Shown: piece by piece, positions 29,060-39,338 of the stretch | Position numbering within the stretch: position 1 is the stretch's first letter | Layout: every line of letters starts with the position of its first letter | Source of the DNA: Flavobacteriaceae bacterium | Lineage (GTDB): Bacteria > Bacteroidota > Bacteroidia > Flavobacteriales > Flavobacteriaceae | Assembly: GCA_002728855.1 (NCBI GenBank) | Contig: PBWA01000038.1 | Coordinates: forward strand, 2,838-66,837 | Length of the DNA: 64,000 nucleotides | Direction of reading: 5' to 3' | Notes under the pieces: generated by a model | Told to the model about the DNA's origin: nothing | Seen by the model: only the letters and a program-made list of their open reading frames with translations | Database searches by the model: none | Translations under genes and position numbers: made by a program

Positions 29060-29999
29060 TTTCTATAAGTTTTTTCAAAATTAGCTGCGTAGCATAAACT
29101 CTGTTTCGAGCTTGTTGTATTACAAGTGAATTTGGACTTTCAATAACAGAGTCTGAAACTATAATATTTCTCCTTACTGGAAGACAGTGCATAAATTTCG
29201 CATTATTTGTTAAGTTCATTTTTTTGGAAGTAATTTTCCAACTTGAATCATTCTTTAATATTTTGCCATAATTTTTATATGAGCACCAGTTTTTTGCATA
29301 TACAAAATCTGCATTTTTAAGGGCCTCTTCTTGATCTGTTGTTGTGTTAACTTGACCTTCAATTTTTGAATTTAAGTGATAACCCTCTGGCCTAGATATT
29401 ACAAAATCGGCATTGATTTTTTTTATCATTTTCACAAACGAGTTTGCAACTGCATGAGGGAGAGGCTTAGGATGAGGAGCCCAAGTTAAAACAACTTTAG
29501 GACGATTTGTTTTCTTATGTTCTTTAATTGTAATTGCATCAGCTAAAGCTTGTAATGGATGCGCAGTTGCACTTTCCATATTAATAATTGGAACACTAGA
29601 GTATTTACAGAAACTATTAATCACCAATTCACTCTCATCAGCTTCTTTATCATTTAACGAAGCAAATGCTCTTATTGCAATTATATCACAGTATTGCGAA
29701 ATTACTGATGCTGCTTCTTTAACATGTTCAGAAGAGGAACCATTCATTTCAACGCCATTCTGAAATTCTAATTTCCAACCTTCATCATTGAAATTCATCA
29801 CCATTGTATTAAAACCTAAATTTTGCGCAGCCTTTTGGGTACTTAATCTAGTTCTGAGACTGGGGTTAAAAAACAACATTGCTAATGATTTATTTTTTCC
29901 TAATGAATTAAATTTTAAGGAATTATTTTTAAGATCTATTGCCTCGGATACTGATTTTTCAAAATCAGATAAATCATCTATGGAAATGAAGTTTTTCAT
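29052..29999 (-). CDS. argF': N-acyl (probably succinyl) ornithine carbamoyltransferase
   Basis: FFNPSLRTR, HPLQAL, TWAPHPKPLP, MHCLPVRRN (AOTCase/SOTCase signatures). Confidence 0.92.
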   Translation of the reverse strand: MKNFISIDDLSDFEKSVSEAIDLKNNSLKFNSLGKNKSLAMLFFNPSLRTRLSTQKAAQNLGFNTMVMNFNDEGWKLEFQNGVEMNGSSSEHVKEAASVISQYCDIIAIRAFASLNDKEADESELVINSFCKYSSVPIINMESATAHPLQALADAITIKEHKKTNRPKVVLTWAPHPKPLPHAVANSFVKMIKKINADFVISRPEGYHLNSKIEGQVNTTTDQEEALKNADFVYAKNWCSYKNYGKILKNDSSWKITSKKMNLTNNAKFMHCLPVRRNIIVSDSVIESPNSLVIQQARNRVYATQLILKKLIENE

Positions 30000-31117
30000 A
30001 TCAATTCATTTAATGCTTTAAAGAATTTATCTAAGTCATTTCTTTTAATATTTAATGGAGGTAAAATTCTCAAAAGATTTTTATTTGAACTGCCTCCAGT
30101 GAAAATATGCTTTTTATAAATTAAATCATCTCTAAGATTTTTAACTTCAAAATTAAATTCAAGACCAAGCATTAATCCTCTTCCTTTAACTTTAATCCCA
30201 TTGATTTTTGAGATAGACTTTCTAAAATATTTTTCCATTTTACTAGCATTTTTCATTAGTTTTTCCTTTTTAATTACATTTAAAACAGCAAGGGAACTGG
30301 AGCAAGCTAGATGGTTGCCTCCAAAGGTACTTCCTAAAAGGCCATGTTCTTCCTTTATTTTATCAGAAACAAGAATTCCTCCAATAGGAAATCCATTTCC
30401 CATTCCTTTTGCAATTGTTATAATATCAGGATTAATTTTATGTTTCTGAAACGCAAAGAAGTCTCCAGTTCTTCCAAAACCTGATTGTACTTCATCAGCT
30501 ATTAGTAAAGCCCCATATTTTAAGCACAAACTCTCGACATCTTTCATGTATTTAGTAGTGGGTTCATCTAATCCTCCAACTCCTTGAATTGACTCAATAA
30601 TTATAGCGCATACATCATTTTTAATTAGTTCTTTTTCTATAAGTTTTGTTTGATCGAAAGGCAAAAATGAAACATCTACTTGAGAGCTTAACTTTGATTG
30701 AATTTTATTATTATCAGTACAGGCGATAGCTGCACAGGATCTTCCGTGAAAAGAATTTTTAAAAGCTATTATTCTTCTTTTCTTTGTTTTATATGATGCA
30801 AGCTTTAAGGCATTTTCAATGGCTTCTGCTCCACTATTACAATAAAACATTTTATATTCCTTAACACCAGAGAGTTTTATGATTTTTTTTGATAATTTTT
30901 CCTGTAGCTCATTTACAATATAATTAGAGTAAAAACCTATTTTATTTAATTGCTTTGTCAAAGCATTTATGTAGACAGGATGACTATGACCAATTGAAAT
31001 TACAGCATGACCTCCGTATAAGTCAAGATATTTAATGTTTTTATCATCATAAACGTAACATCCCTCTCCATATTTTGGTTTAACATTGTACAAGGGATAA
31101 ACTTCAAATAAACTCAT
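29996..31117 (-). CDS. argD: Acetyl/succinylornithine aminotransferase
   Basis: DLYGGHAV, NSGAEA, DEVQSGFGRTG, AKGMGNGFPIG. Confidence 0.93.
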   Translation of the reverse strand: MSLFEVYPLYNVKPKYGEGCYVYDDKNIKYLDLYGGHAVISIGHSHPVYINALTKQLNKIGFYSNYIVNELQEKLSKKIIKLSGVKEYKMFYCNSGAEAIENALKLASYKTKKRRIIAFKNSFHGRSCAAIACTDNNKIQSKLSSQVDVSFLPFDQTKLIEKELIKNDVCAIIIESIQGVGGLDEPTTKYMKDVESLCLKYGALLIADEVQSGFGRTGDFFAFQKHKINPDIITIAKGMGNGFPIGGILVSDKIKEEHGLLGSTFGGNHLACSSSLAVLNVIKKEKLMKNASKMEKYFRKSISKINGIKVKGRGLMLGLEFNFEVKNLRDDLIYKKHIFTGGSSNKNLLRILPPLNIKRNDLDKFFKALNELI

Positions 31118-31125
31118 AATAAATT

Positions 31126-32112
31126 TTAAAAAAATGAACTTTTCAACTTTAAACCCAAATTTTCTTCTAAATCAAACATTAAATTCATGTTTTGAATTGC
31201 TTGACCCGCAGCACCCTTGATTAAATTATCGATTATTGAGGTTATTAAAATCCTCTCTCCATCTTTTTTTAGATGAATTATACAGTTGTTAGTATTTATA
31301 ACTTGTTTCAAATCAATTTGATTCTCAGAAATATGAACAAAGTTTGAATCTTTAAAATAGTTGTTATAAAGCGTTTTAATCTCATCAATGTTTAGTTTAT
31401 TTTTAAAATACATGGTGCAAAAAATACCTCTAGTAAAATTTCCTCTAATCGGTATGAATACTATATCATGTTTTTTATAATTAAGAGAATTTAAATTTAA
31501 ATTTATTTCTTTGAGATGTTGATGATTAAATGATTTATACCATGAAATGTTATTATTTCTCCAACTGAAATGTGATGTGTCTGAAAGTTTAACTCCCGCT
31601 CCAGTACTTCCAGTTATTGCATTAATATTAACGTCTCCATATAAATGATTATTGATAGCAAAAGGTAAAAGACCTAACTGAATAGCAGTTGCAAAGCATC
31701 CAGGATTTGCGATTGAACAGGATTTTATTATCTCATCTTTATTTAGCTCTGGTAGACCGTAAATAAATTTTCTTTTACTGTGTGTCGAATTCAATCGAAA
31801 GTCTTGACTTAGATCAATTATTTTAATCTTTTTATCAATTTTATTCTTTTCAAGAAACTTTTTAGACTTACCATGTGCAACACATAAGAATAAAAGATCT
31901 ACTTTTTCATTTATTTTATCGGTAAATTTTATTTTAGTTTGACCAATTAAATCCTTGTGAACCTCAATAACGTACTTCCCTTGATTAGTTTTACTATGAA
32001 TAAATACTAATTCTACTTTTGAATGATTCATTAATAATCTTATCAACTCTCCTCCAGTATATCCTGAACCTCCTATTATTCCTACTTTAATCTTATTTTT
32101 TTGAATGGACAT
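31126..32112 (-). CDS. argC: N-acetyl-gamma-glutamyl-phosphate reductase
   Basis: GGSGYTGGEL, IANPGCFAT, DNLIKGAAGQA. Start set at ATG 32112. Confidence 0.95.
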   Translation of the reverse strand: MSIQKNKIKVGIIGGSGYTGGELIRLLMNHSKVELVFIHSKTNQGKYVIEVHKDLIGQTKIKFTDKINEKVDLLFLCVAHGKSKKFLEKNKIDKKIKIIDLSQDFRLNSTHSKRKFIYGLPELNKDEIIKSCSIANPGCFATAIQLGLLPFAINNHLYGDVNINAITGSTGAGVKLSDTSHFSWRNNNISWYKSFNHQHLKEINLNLNSLNYKKHDIVFIPIRGNFTRGIFCTMYFKNKLNIDEIKTLYNNYFKDSNFVHISENQIDLKQVINTNNCIIHLKKDGERILITSIIDNLIKGAAGQAIQNMNLMFDLEENLGLKLKSSFF

Positions 32113-33277
32113 ATTGAAAAATTTTATTTTGGTTTGATGATATTTTGATGAATCCTTTGACATCTTCTGGGCCCCATTTTGAGCTGGATTCCCCATATGA
32201 TGCAAAACGACTGGACATTAAATCATATTTAGAATTAATACCTTCTAGTTCGAATCTTTTTGGATAAAGCGTAATTAAAACTTCACCCGAGACATTTTTT
32301 TGTGAACTTTTTAAAAACACCTCTATGTCTCTTACAACAGGATCTAAAAATTGCCCTTCATGTAATAGCATTCCATAAAAACTTGATAGTTGTTCCTTTT
32401 GATATTGTTGCCATTTTGTTAAGGTGTGCTTTTCTAGTAAATGATGGGATTTTATAATTACTAATGGCCCTCCAGCTTCAAATCCAACTCTACCTTTAAT
32501 TCCTATGATGGTATCGCCAACGTGTGTATCTCTTCCAATTCCAAATTGACTGCATAGTGAAGATAGTTTTTCAATAATTTTAACTGGGCTCATTTTTTTT
32601 CCATTAAGTTTGAAAACTTCTCCTTTGTAAAAGGTGAGAGTAATTTTTTTACAATCATTTGTTTGTGAAACTTTAGCAAATGCTTTTTCAGGAAGAGCCT
32701 TATTTGAGGTCAAAGTTTCATCTCCTCCAATTGTTGTACCCCATAAACCTTTATTTATCGAATATTTAGCTTTACTCCATTTTATTTTCACACCCTTTTT
32801 CTCTAAATACTTTATTTCATTCTTTCTGGATATATTTCTATCCCTTATAGGAGTAACTATTTTGATTTCAGGTGCTAATATTTGAAAAATCATATCAAAT
32901 CTTACTTGATCATTTCCTGCTCCAGTACTTCCATGAGCAACTAATTTTATATTATTTTCTTTTGCATACTTGATAATTTCAATTGCCTGAATTATTCTTT
33001 CAGCGCTTACTGATAATGGATAATTGTTGTTTCTTAGGACATTGCCATAAATCAAATATCTAATTATCTTTTCATAGTAAGTTTTCTTTGATTTTATCGA
33101 TTTATATTTTTTTGCTCCAATTAAAACTGCTCTTTTTTTTATTTTACTTTTTTCTAAATCTGAAAAGCCACCGGTATCAATTGTTATTGCATGAACTTCA
33201 TATTGATCTTCTGAAAACTTTTTCAGACAATATGATGTATCAAGTCCTCCACTGTATGCTAAAACTATTTTTTTCAT
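32093..33277 (-). CDS. argG: Argininosuccinate synthase
   Basis: LAYSGGLDTS, HGSTGAGNDQVRF, GIKGRVGFEA. Confidence 0.96.
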   Translation of the reverse strand: MKKIVLAYSGGLDTSYCLKKFSEDQYEVHAITIDTGGFSDLEKSKIKKRAVLIGAKKYKSIKSKKTYYEKIIRYLIYGNVLRNNNYPLSVSAERIIQAIEIIKYAKENNIKLVAHGSTGAGNDQVRFDMIFQILAPEIKIVTPIRDRNISRKNEIKYLEKKGVKIKWSKAKYSINKGLWGTTIGGDETLTSNKALPEKAFAKVSQTNDCKKITLTFYKGEVFKLNGKKMSPVKIIEKLSSLCSQFGIGRDTHVGDTIIGIKGRVGFEAGGPLVIIKSHHLLEKHTLTKWQQYQKEQLSSFYGMLLHEGQFLDPVVRDIEVFLKSSQKNVSGEVLITLYPKRFELEGINSKYDLMSSRFASYGESSSKWGPEDVKGFIKISSNQNKIFQYVHSKK

Positions 33278-33279
33278 AA

Positions 33280-33807
33280 TTATTTTTCTTTTGGATCATG
33301 AATCATTCCAGTACAAAGACACATTTTTCTGTTCGTTCTTGTTAGGACGTCATAATTTTTACATGTTTTACAACCATTCCAAAATTCAGGATCATCCGTT
33401 AATTCTGAGAAAGGCACAGGCTTATAACCTAGAGAATAATTTATTTTCATGACTGCTAGCCCAGTTGTAATTCCAAAAATTTTTGCATTTGGATATTTCT
33501 TTTTTGAGTGAATAAATGTTTTTGTTTTGATTTTTTTCGCTAATCCTAAACCTCTGTATTTCGGTGAGACTATTAATCCAGAATGAGCTACATATTTTCC
33601 ATGACCCCATATTTCTATATAGCAGAATCCAACGAATTTTTCTCCATCAAGACATATGATTGCGTTTTGATTTTCAATTTTTTTAACAATATATTCTGGA
33701 GTTCTCAATGCAATCCCTGTATCTCTAGCTTTTGCTGAAGATTCAATATTCTTTGAAATTATGTTAGCATATTTGATATGCTTATTTGAAGCGATTAAAA
33801 TATCCAA
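33280..33807 (-). CDS. Short GNAT N-acyltransferase (Bacteroidota ArgA-like glutamate acyltransferase)
   Basis: SAKARDTGIA.R, SGLIV.P.YRG.GLA, FWNGCKTCKNYD...CLCTGM; first gene of the arg operon; TTG start. Confidence 0.8.
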   Translation of the reverse strand: MDILIASNKHIKYANIISKNIESSAKARDTGIALRTPEYIVKKIENQNAIICLDGEKFVGFCYIEIWGHGKYVAHSGLIVSPKYRGLGLAKKIKTKTFIHSKKKYPNAKIFGITTGLAVMKINYSLGYKPVPFSELTDDPEFWNGCKTCKNYDVLTRTNRKMCLCTGMIHDPKEK

Positions 33808-33840
33808 GATTAATGTTTAAAAAATTAACGAAAATAGAAT

Positions 33841-33869
33841 TAAAATGAAACCGGACTCACCTGGGTTTC
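33841..33869 (-). terminator. Putative attenuator hairpin of the arg leader
   Basis: GAAACC-CA-GG-TGAGT-CC-GGTTTC then ATTTTA, immediately after the leader stop codon. Confidence 0.5.
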
Positions 33870-33959
33870 TTATACAGAAATACACCCTAGCGGGCGGGCA
33901 CGAAGAAAAGCACGTCTTAGATGCTTTGTACTATTAATATATCTGTTTTTAAAATTCAC
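33870..33959 (-). CDS. Putative arg operon leader peptide (29 aa)
   Basis: GTG-start (M)NFKNRYINSTKHLRRAFLRARPLGCISV*. Five Arg, four clustered (AGA CGT..CGT..CGC). Starts 4 nt after TATATTTG at 33964-33971. Confidence 0.6.
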   Translation of the reverse strand: MNFKNRYINSTKHLRRAFLRARPLGCISV

Positions 33960-34028
33960 ATAGCAAATATATAATTTTTTTATTAAAGCTTTAGAAATGA
34001 TTTTTTAAACTGTAAGTATTAAATTTGT

Positions 34029-35339
34029 ATGATGATTAGAAGATTTAAAGAACAGCTTTCTTCTCTTGATATTTCTTTAAGCGACAACTGTCTATTAGCT
34101 ATAAGTGGAGGTGTTGATAGCATGGTATTAATTGATTTATTCTGTAAATCAAAAATACCTTTCTCTGTAGCTCATTGTAATTTTAATCTTAGAGGGAAAG
34201 AAAGTATTAATGATGCTTCTTTCATTTCTTCATTTTCCAGAAAAATAGATTGTGATTTTTTTGAATCAAACCTCTCAACTGAGTTTTATTCAAAACATAA
34301 AAAAATTTCAATCCAAATGGCGGCGAGAAAATTGAGATATTCATGGTTTAATGACCTGCTACAAATTCATGGTTTTTCAAAAATAATAACAGCACATCAC
34401 TTAGATGATAGCCTTGAAACATTTATTATTAATTTATCCAGAGGTACTGGCTTAAAGGGTTTATTAGGTATACCTGCTCAGAAGAATAATATATACAGAC
34501 CAATGCTTATTTTTAGTAAAGAACACATTATTAATTACGCAAAAAAAAATAAAATTAAATGGAGAGAAGATAGTTCAAATAATAAGCTGGACTACTACAG
34601 AAATTTTATCAGACAAGATATTACATCCAAATTAAAATCAACTAAACCAAGCTTTTTAGAGAATTTTAATAGTACTGTTAAAAAATTGGCAAGTTCATAT
34701 AAAGCTTCTAAAATATTAGTTCAAAAATTTATGGACACCTATTTTTTAAAGGTTGGCGATCATATTGAAATTAATATAAATGCCTTGAAATCTTTAGATC
34801 CTATTGAGTTTTACTTGTTTGAAATTTTTTCTGAATATGGATTTACTGATATTGATTCACTTAAATATCTGCCTAACTCTCAATCAGGAAAATATTTAGA
34901 ATCAGATTCATATCGTTTAATAAAAGATCGTAAGGTTTTGATTTTAATTAAAAAGAAAAATAAAGAAACTGAGAATTATTTTATTGATAACACAACTAGT
35001 TCTATTGATAAGCCAATATCTTTGAATTTTGATCATGGAGTTAATGTTAATTCTCTAAAAAAAAATCAAGCGTATTTATCTTTTGATAAATTAAATTTCC
35101 CATTAACTCTAAGAAAATGGTCAAACGGAGATTTTTTTTATCCAACCGGAATGAATGGAAAAAAAATGATTAGTAAATACTTTAAAGATGAAAAGTATTC
35201 AAAAATTGAGAAAGAGAGTCAATGGCTATTATGCTCAGGGGAAAACATTGTTTGGGTGATTGGAAAAAGATGTGACAGACGTTTCATTGCAAAGTCTAAT
35301 CCAAAAAACTCTTATTTAATAACTCTTAAAACACAATGA
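34029..35339 (+). CDS. tilS: tRNA(Ile)-lysidine synthetase
   Basis: AISGGVDSM, AHCNFNLRG, TAHHLDD, WREDSSN, YRNFIR. Confidence 0.95.
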   Translation: MMIRRFKEQLSSLDISLSDNCLLAISGGVDSMVLIDLFCKSKIPFSVAHCNFNLRGKESINDASFISSFSRKIDCDFFESNLSTEFYSKHKKISIQMAARKLRYSWFNDLLQIHGFSKIITAHHLDDSLETFIINLSRGTGLKGLLGIPAQKNNIYRPMLIFSKEHIINYAKKNKIKWREDSSNNKLDYYRNFIRQDITSKLKSTKPSFLENFNSTVKKLASSYKASKILVQKFMDTYFLKVGDHIEININALKSLDPIEFYLFEIFSEYGFTDIDSLKYLPNSQSGKYLESDSYRLIKDRKVLILIKKKNKETENYFIDNTTSSIDKPISLNFDHGVNVNSLKKNQAYLSFDKLNFPLTLRKWSNGDFFYPTGMNGKKMISKYFKDEKYSKIEKESQWLLCSGENIVWVIGKRCDRRFIAKSNPKNSYLITLKTQ

Positions 35340-35349
35340 ACAATTAATT

Positions 35350-37374
35350 ATGAAAAGCTTTTTCAGTTTCATTTTTATTTTCTGCTTATCTCAATTATTC
35401 GCACAGGACCCAGCTAATTGGACCACACCACTTCAGAATTTTTCTGAAATACAGAATGATTCTGCATCAAGTTTTCAAGAACCAGTTAAATGGACTACTT
35501 CGTTTGCGAAAACATCTGATTTAGAATACCAATTAAGTTTTAAAGCAAATATTATTCCAGGATGGTACCTATATTCTCAAAATTTACCTGATGGAGATGC
35601 ATTACCAACTGAATTCAATTATGATGATGTTGATTCTAAAATTGAATTAATTGATGTAACTATCGAAGAAGATCCAATTGTTGAATATGATCCTTTTTTT
35701 AAAATGGACCTTTCTTTTTTTAAGACAGAGACTGTATTTAAACAAAAACTAAGACTTCTAGACGATGAAACAGGCATCGTGACTGGGAAAATACTTTATC
35801 AATCATGTAACGAATCATTATGTGTTTTTAGAAAAGAAAATTTTGAATTTATATTAAAAGATGGTTTTGAGAGTAAGGTAAAACTAGTTATCGATGATGT
35901 AAGTGAAGCAAAATCAAACGAGTTGATATTGGACCTTAAGGAGGAATATCGTTTAAATCAAAATTCAATTAGAAAAGATTACGGAAGTTTTATCAATCTA
36001 TTTCTTCTTGGTTTTTTAGCTGGGATTATTGCTCTGCTAACTCCATGTATTTTCCCGATGATACCGATTACAGTTTCATATTTTATGAATCAGAGCAGCT
36101 CAAAAAGGCAGGGTGCTTTCAGATCATTTATGTATGGATTTTTTATTGTATTGATTTATTTGTTATTATCACTACCGTTTCATTTTTTTGAATTCATTGA
36201 CCCACAAATTTTAAATACGATTTCAACAAATGTAATAGTCAACATAATATTTTTTGGAATATTTATATTTTTTGCATTTTCATTTTTTGGTTTTTATGAA
36301 ATTACTCTTCCTGTAAGTTGGCTAAATAATTCTGATTCTTCATCACAAATCTCCAATTTGACAGGTATTTTTTTCATGGCATTGACTTTAGCAATAGTTT
36401 CTTTTTCATGTACTGGTCCAATTCTTGGCTCTTTGCTTGTCGGTTCATTAACTGTTGATTCAGGGGCTACTGACTTAACGGTAGCGATTTTTGGATTTGG
36501 TCTGGCACTAGCTCTTCCATTTTCATTTTTATCATTTTTCCCAAGCGCTTTAAAAAATATACCAAAATCGGGTGGCTGGATGAATAAGTTTAAAATTATA
36601 CTAGGATTTCTTGAACTAGCCTTGGCCTTAAAATTTTTATCAAATGCAGATTTAGTTTCAAATTGGGGTATTTTGAAAAGAGAAATTTTTGTAGGTATAT
36701 GGGTTTTAATTTCATTATTTCTTGCTGCTAATTTATTTGGAATGTATAGATTTCCCTATGAAAATAAAGATTCTAAAAATCATTATTCATATAAAGCACT
36801 TGGTATTTTATTTTTTCTTTTTACAATTTATCTTTCTCAAGGATTATTTAAATCATCTAATAAATTATCATTACTAAGCGGATTTACTCCACCAACCTTT
36901 TATAGTGTTTATGAAACAGAAGGAGAATGTCCATTAGGACTAGATTGTTACAAAGATTTTTATTCTGGTCTGAGAAAAGCTCAGAAAACAAACAAACCTA
37001 TACTAATTGATTTTACTGGCTGGGCCTGTGTTAATTGCAGAAGGATGGAAGAGAATGTTTGGTCAAAACCAAGAGTTTTTAAGATTCTCAATGAAGAATA
37101 TGTGCTAATTTCATTGTATGTCGATGATAGAGAAAAGCTTATGGATGATCAAATATTTGATTTTAAATATTTCAATGGCAAGATTTTTTCCGTAGAAACA
37201 ATAGGAGACAAGTGGTCTGCCTTTCAAATTTTAAATTTCAAAACGGCATCCCAACCATTTTATGTAGCCATAAGCCCAGATCTGGCTTTATTGAACTCTC
37301 CAATACAATATTCAAATGCTAGTGAATTTGAATTATGGTTAAAACAGGGACTAACCAATTATTCTTCATTATAA
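35350..37374 (+). CDS. dsbD: Thiol:disulfide interchange protein DsbD
   Basis: LTPCIFPMIP, SFSCTGP, DFTGWACVNCRRME. Confidence 0.92.
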   Translation: MKSFFSFIFIFCLSQLFAQDPANWTTPLQNFSEIQNDSASSFQEPVKWTTSFAKTSDLEYQLSFKANIIPGWYLYSQNLPDGDALPTEFNYDDVDSKIELIDVTIEEDPIVEYDPFFKMDLSFFKTETVFKQKLRLLDDETGIVTGKILYQSCNESLCVFRKENFEFILKDGFESKVKLVIDDVSEAKSNELILDLKEEYRLNQNSIRKDYGSFINLFLLGFLAGIIALLTPCIFPMIPITVSYFMNQSSSKRQGAFRSFMYGFFIVLIYLLLSLPFHFFEFIDPQILNTISTNVIVNIIFFGIFIFFAFSFFGFYEITLPVSWLNNSDSSSQISNLTGIFFMALTLAIVSFSCTGPILGSLLVGSLTVDSGATDLTVAIFGFGLALALPFSFLSFFPSALKNIPKSGGWMNKFKIILGFLELALALKFLSNADLVSNWGILKREIFVGIWVLISLFLAANLFGMYRFPYENKDSKNHYSYKALGILFFLFTIYLSQGLFKSSNKLSLLSGFTPPTFYSVYETEGECPLGLDCYKDFYSGLRKAQKTNKPILIDFTGWACVNCRRMEENVWSKPRVFKILNEEYVLISLYVDDREKLMDDQIFDFKYFNGKIFSVETIGDKWSAFQILNFKTASQPFYVAISPDLALLNSPIQYSNASEFELWLKQGLTNYSSL

Positions 37375-37406
37375 TTAGTTAATTTTCAATAACATTTCAA
37401 ACCTGA

Positions 37407-38606
37407 ATGAAAAAAAAATTTTTTCGTCTTGGCCCTGGAATATTGATAACCGCAGCTTTTATAGGCCCTGGCACATTAACAGTTTGCACAATAGTTGGAG
37501 TAAATTCTGGCACATCACTTCTTTGGGCGATATTATTTTCAGTAATCATTACAATAATTACTCAAAATATCGCTGCCAAAATTAGTTTGAAGACCAAAAA
37601 AGGACTTGCTCAAGTTCTAATAAACTACTCTAATACACCATTAAAAAAATGGTTTATGCTTATATTACTAATTTCTGCTATTTTTCTGGGAAACTCAGCA
37701 TATGAGGCAGGCAATATTACAGGTGCTAAAATTGGGCTTGAACAAATCATAGGATCTAAAGTTATTTACTTTTCAGGCGTTGACTTTTTACCAATTATCA
37801 TTTGCCTATTAATATCTATAATTTATTTAATGGGCAGTTCGGAATTGATAAAAAAACTTTTATTGTTTATTGTCGTTTTGATAAGTTTTTCTTTTGTTTT
37901 TGCGGCAATTATAACAAAACCTGATGTCTTAAGTGTTTTAAATGGCCTTTTAATACCTAGATTCGATCTAAGTGAATTAGCTTTAGTAATCTCTTTGATT
38001 GGTACTACAATTGTACCTTATAATCTTTTCTTGCACTCTGCCCTTATAAAAAATATATCTCATAAAATTGACTATAAACAAATTAAAAATGATACAATAA
38101 TTTCTGTTTCCATAGGAGGTCTAATTTCTTTCTGTATAGTTTTAGCAGCTGCAAATTCAGGTTTGAAATCAGTTGAATCAGTTTCCGATTTAGGCATTGC
38201 TTTATCACCGATTTATGGCGAATTTTCAAAATATTTGATTTCTATTGGACTTTTTGGTGCGGGAATAAGTTCAGCAATAACTGCTCCATTAGCTGCTTCC
38301 TATGTGGTTTCTGAATGTTTTGGTTGGAAAATCAAAGAAAACAAGGCAAAATTTATTTTTTTATTTGTATTAGTTTCAGGCACAATTTTTTCGTCTTTGG
38401 ATATAAATCCAATAGTTATAATTCAATTAGCTCAACTCTTCAATGGATTATTACTTCCGATCATAGGTGTTTTTTTGCTTTTATTGGTAACTAGCAATAA
38501 ACTGAAAAATTATTTTAATAATCAATATTTAATCAAGATTATCCTTACTATTATTTTGGTATCTTATATGTTTTTAGGACTTAAAAATTTAGGTTTATTT
38601 TTTTAA
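37407..38606 (+). CDS. NRAMP-like (YcsG-like) transporter
   Basis: GPGILITAAFIGPGT, GTTIVPYNLFLHS; co-oriented with pxpABC. Confidence 0.8.
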   Translation: MKKKFFRLGPGILITAAFIGPGTLTVCTIVGVNSGTSLLWAILFSVIITIITQNIAAKISLKTKKGLAQVLINYSNTPLKKWFMLILLISAIFLGNSAYEAGNITGAKIGLEQIIGSKVIYFSGVDFLPIIICLLISIIYLMGSSELIKKLLLFIVVLISFSFVFAAIITKPDVLSVLNGLLIPRFDLSELALVISLIGTTIVPYNLFLHSALIKNISHKIDYKQIKNDTIISVSIGGLISFCIVLAAANSGLKSVESVSDLGIALSPIYGEFSKYLISIGLFGAGISSAITAPLAASYVVSECFGWKIKENKAKFIFLFVLVSGTIFSSLDINPIVIIQLAQLFNGLLLPIIGVFLLLLVTSNKLKNYFNNQYLIKIILTIILVSYMFLGLKNLGLFF

Positions 38607-38618
38607 CTTTTTATATTA

Positions 38619-39338
38619 ATGTTTGATTTTAATTGTGACTTAGGCGAGGGGATTGGAAGTGATGTTAAAATAATGCCTTGGATTACTTCCTGTAATATTG
38701 CTTGTGGTGGTCATTATGGGGACAGAAATACTATAAGCCAAACTATTTCATTGGCAAAAAAGCATAATGTTAGAGTAGGGGCACATCCGTCTTTTAATGA
38801 TCCTAAAAATTTTGGCAGAATTTCTGCATATAACAATAAGAAGGACTTTCAAAATTCAATTAAAACACAATTAGATTTATTTCAAGAAGTGGTTAATGAG
38901 CAGAATGCAGAATGGAGTCACATTAAAGCTCATGGAGCTCTTTATAATGATATGGCTAAAAATATAAATCTTGCGATTGAATTTTTGGAAGTAATTAAAG
39001 AATATCCAAAAGTTTCTTTAATCTATTTGCCATCAGGTTTTAATAAAATCATAGATCTTTTTAAATTAAATAATTACAAAGTTTGGAGGGAAGGATTTGC
39101 AGACAGAAGATATAAAAATGATTGTGCTCTTTTAGATAGATCATCAAAAGGTTCTGTTTTATCAAATATTTCAGAGATTAAAAATCAAATTTTAGAATTT
39201 TTTGACGGTGAAGTCACTACAATAACTGGAGACACAATTTCATTAAAAATTGATACTATTTGCCTTCATAGTGACACGCCAAATGCTAGTCTTTATGTAA
39301 AAGAACTCCACTCTATGATTACTAAAAAAGAGTACTAA
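38619..39338 (+). CDS. pxpA: 5-oxoprolinase subunit A (LamB/YcsF)
   Basis: DFNCDLGEG, NIACGGHYGD, GAHPS, HIKAHGALYN, TICLHSD. Confidence 0.92.
   Translation: MFDFNCDLGEGIGSDVKIMPWITSCNIACGGHYGDRNTISQTISLAKKHNVRVGAHPSFNDPKNFGRISAYNNKKDFQNSIKTQLDLFQEVVNEQNAEWSHIKAHGALYNDMAKNINLAIEFLEVIKEYPKVSLIYLPSGFNKIIDLFKLNNYKVWREGFADRRYKNDCALLDRSSKGSVLSNISEIKNQILEFFDGEVTTITGDTISLKIDTICLHSDTPNASLYVKELHSMITKKEY

Noticed and set aside
25925..33807. arg operon looks more AT/Lys-rich, suggesting horizontal transfer
   Set aside because: Gene set and order are typical of Bacteroidota, there are no mobility signs, and composition could not be quantified by eye.
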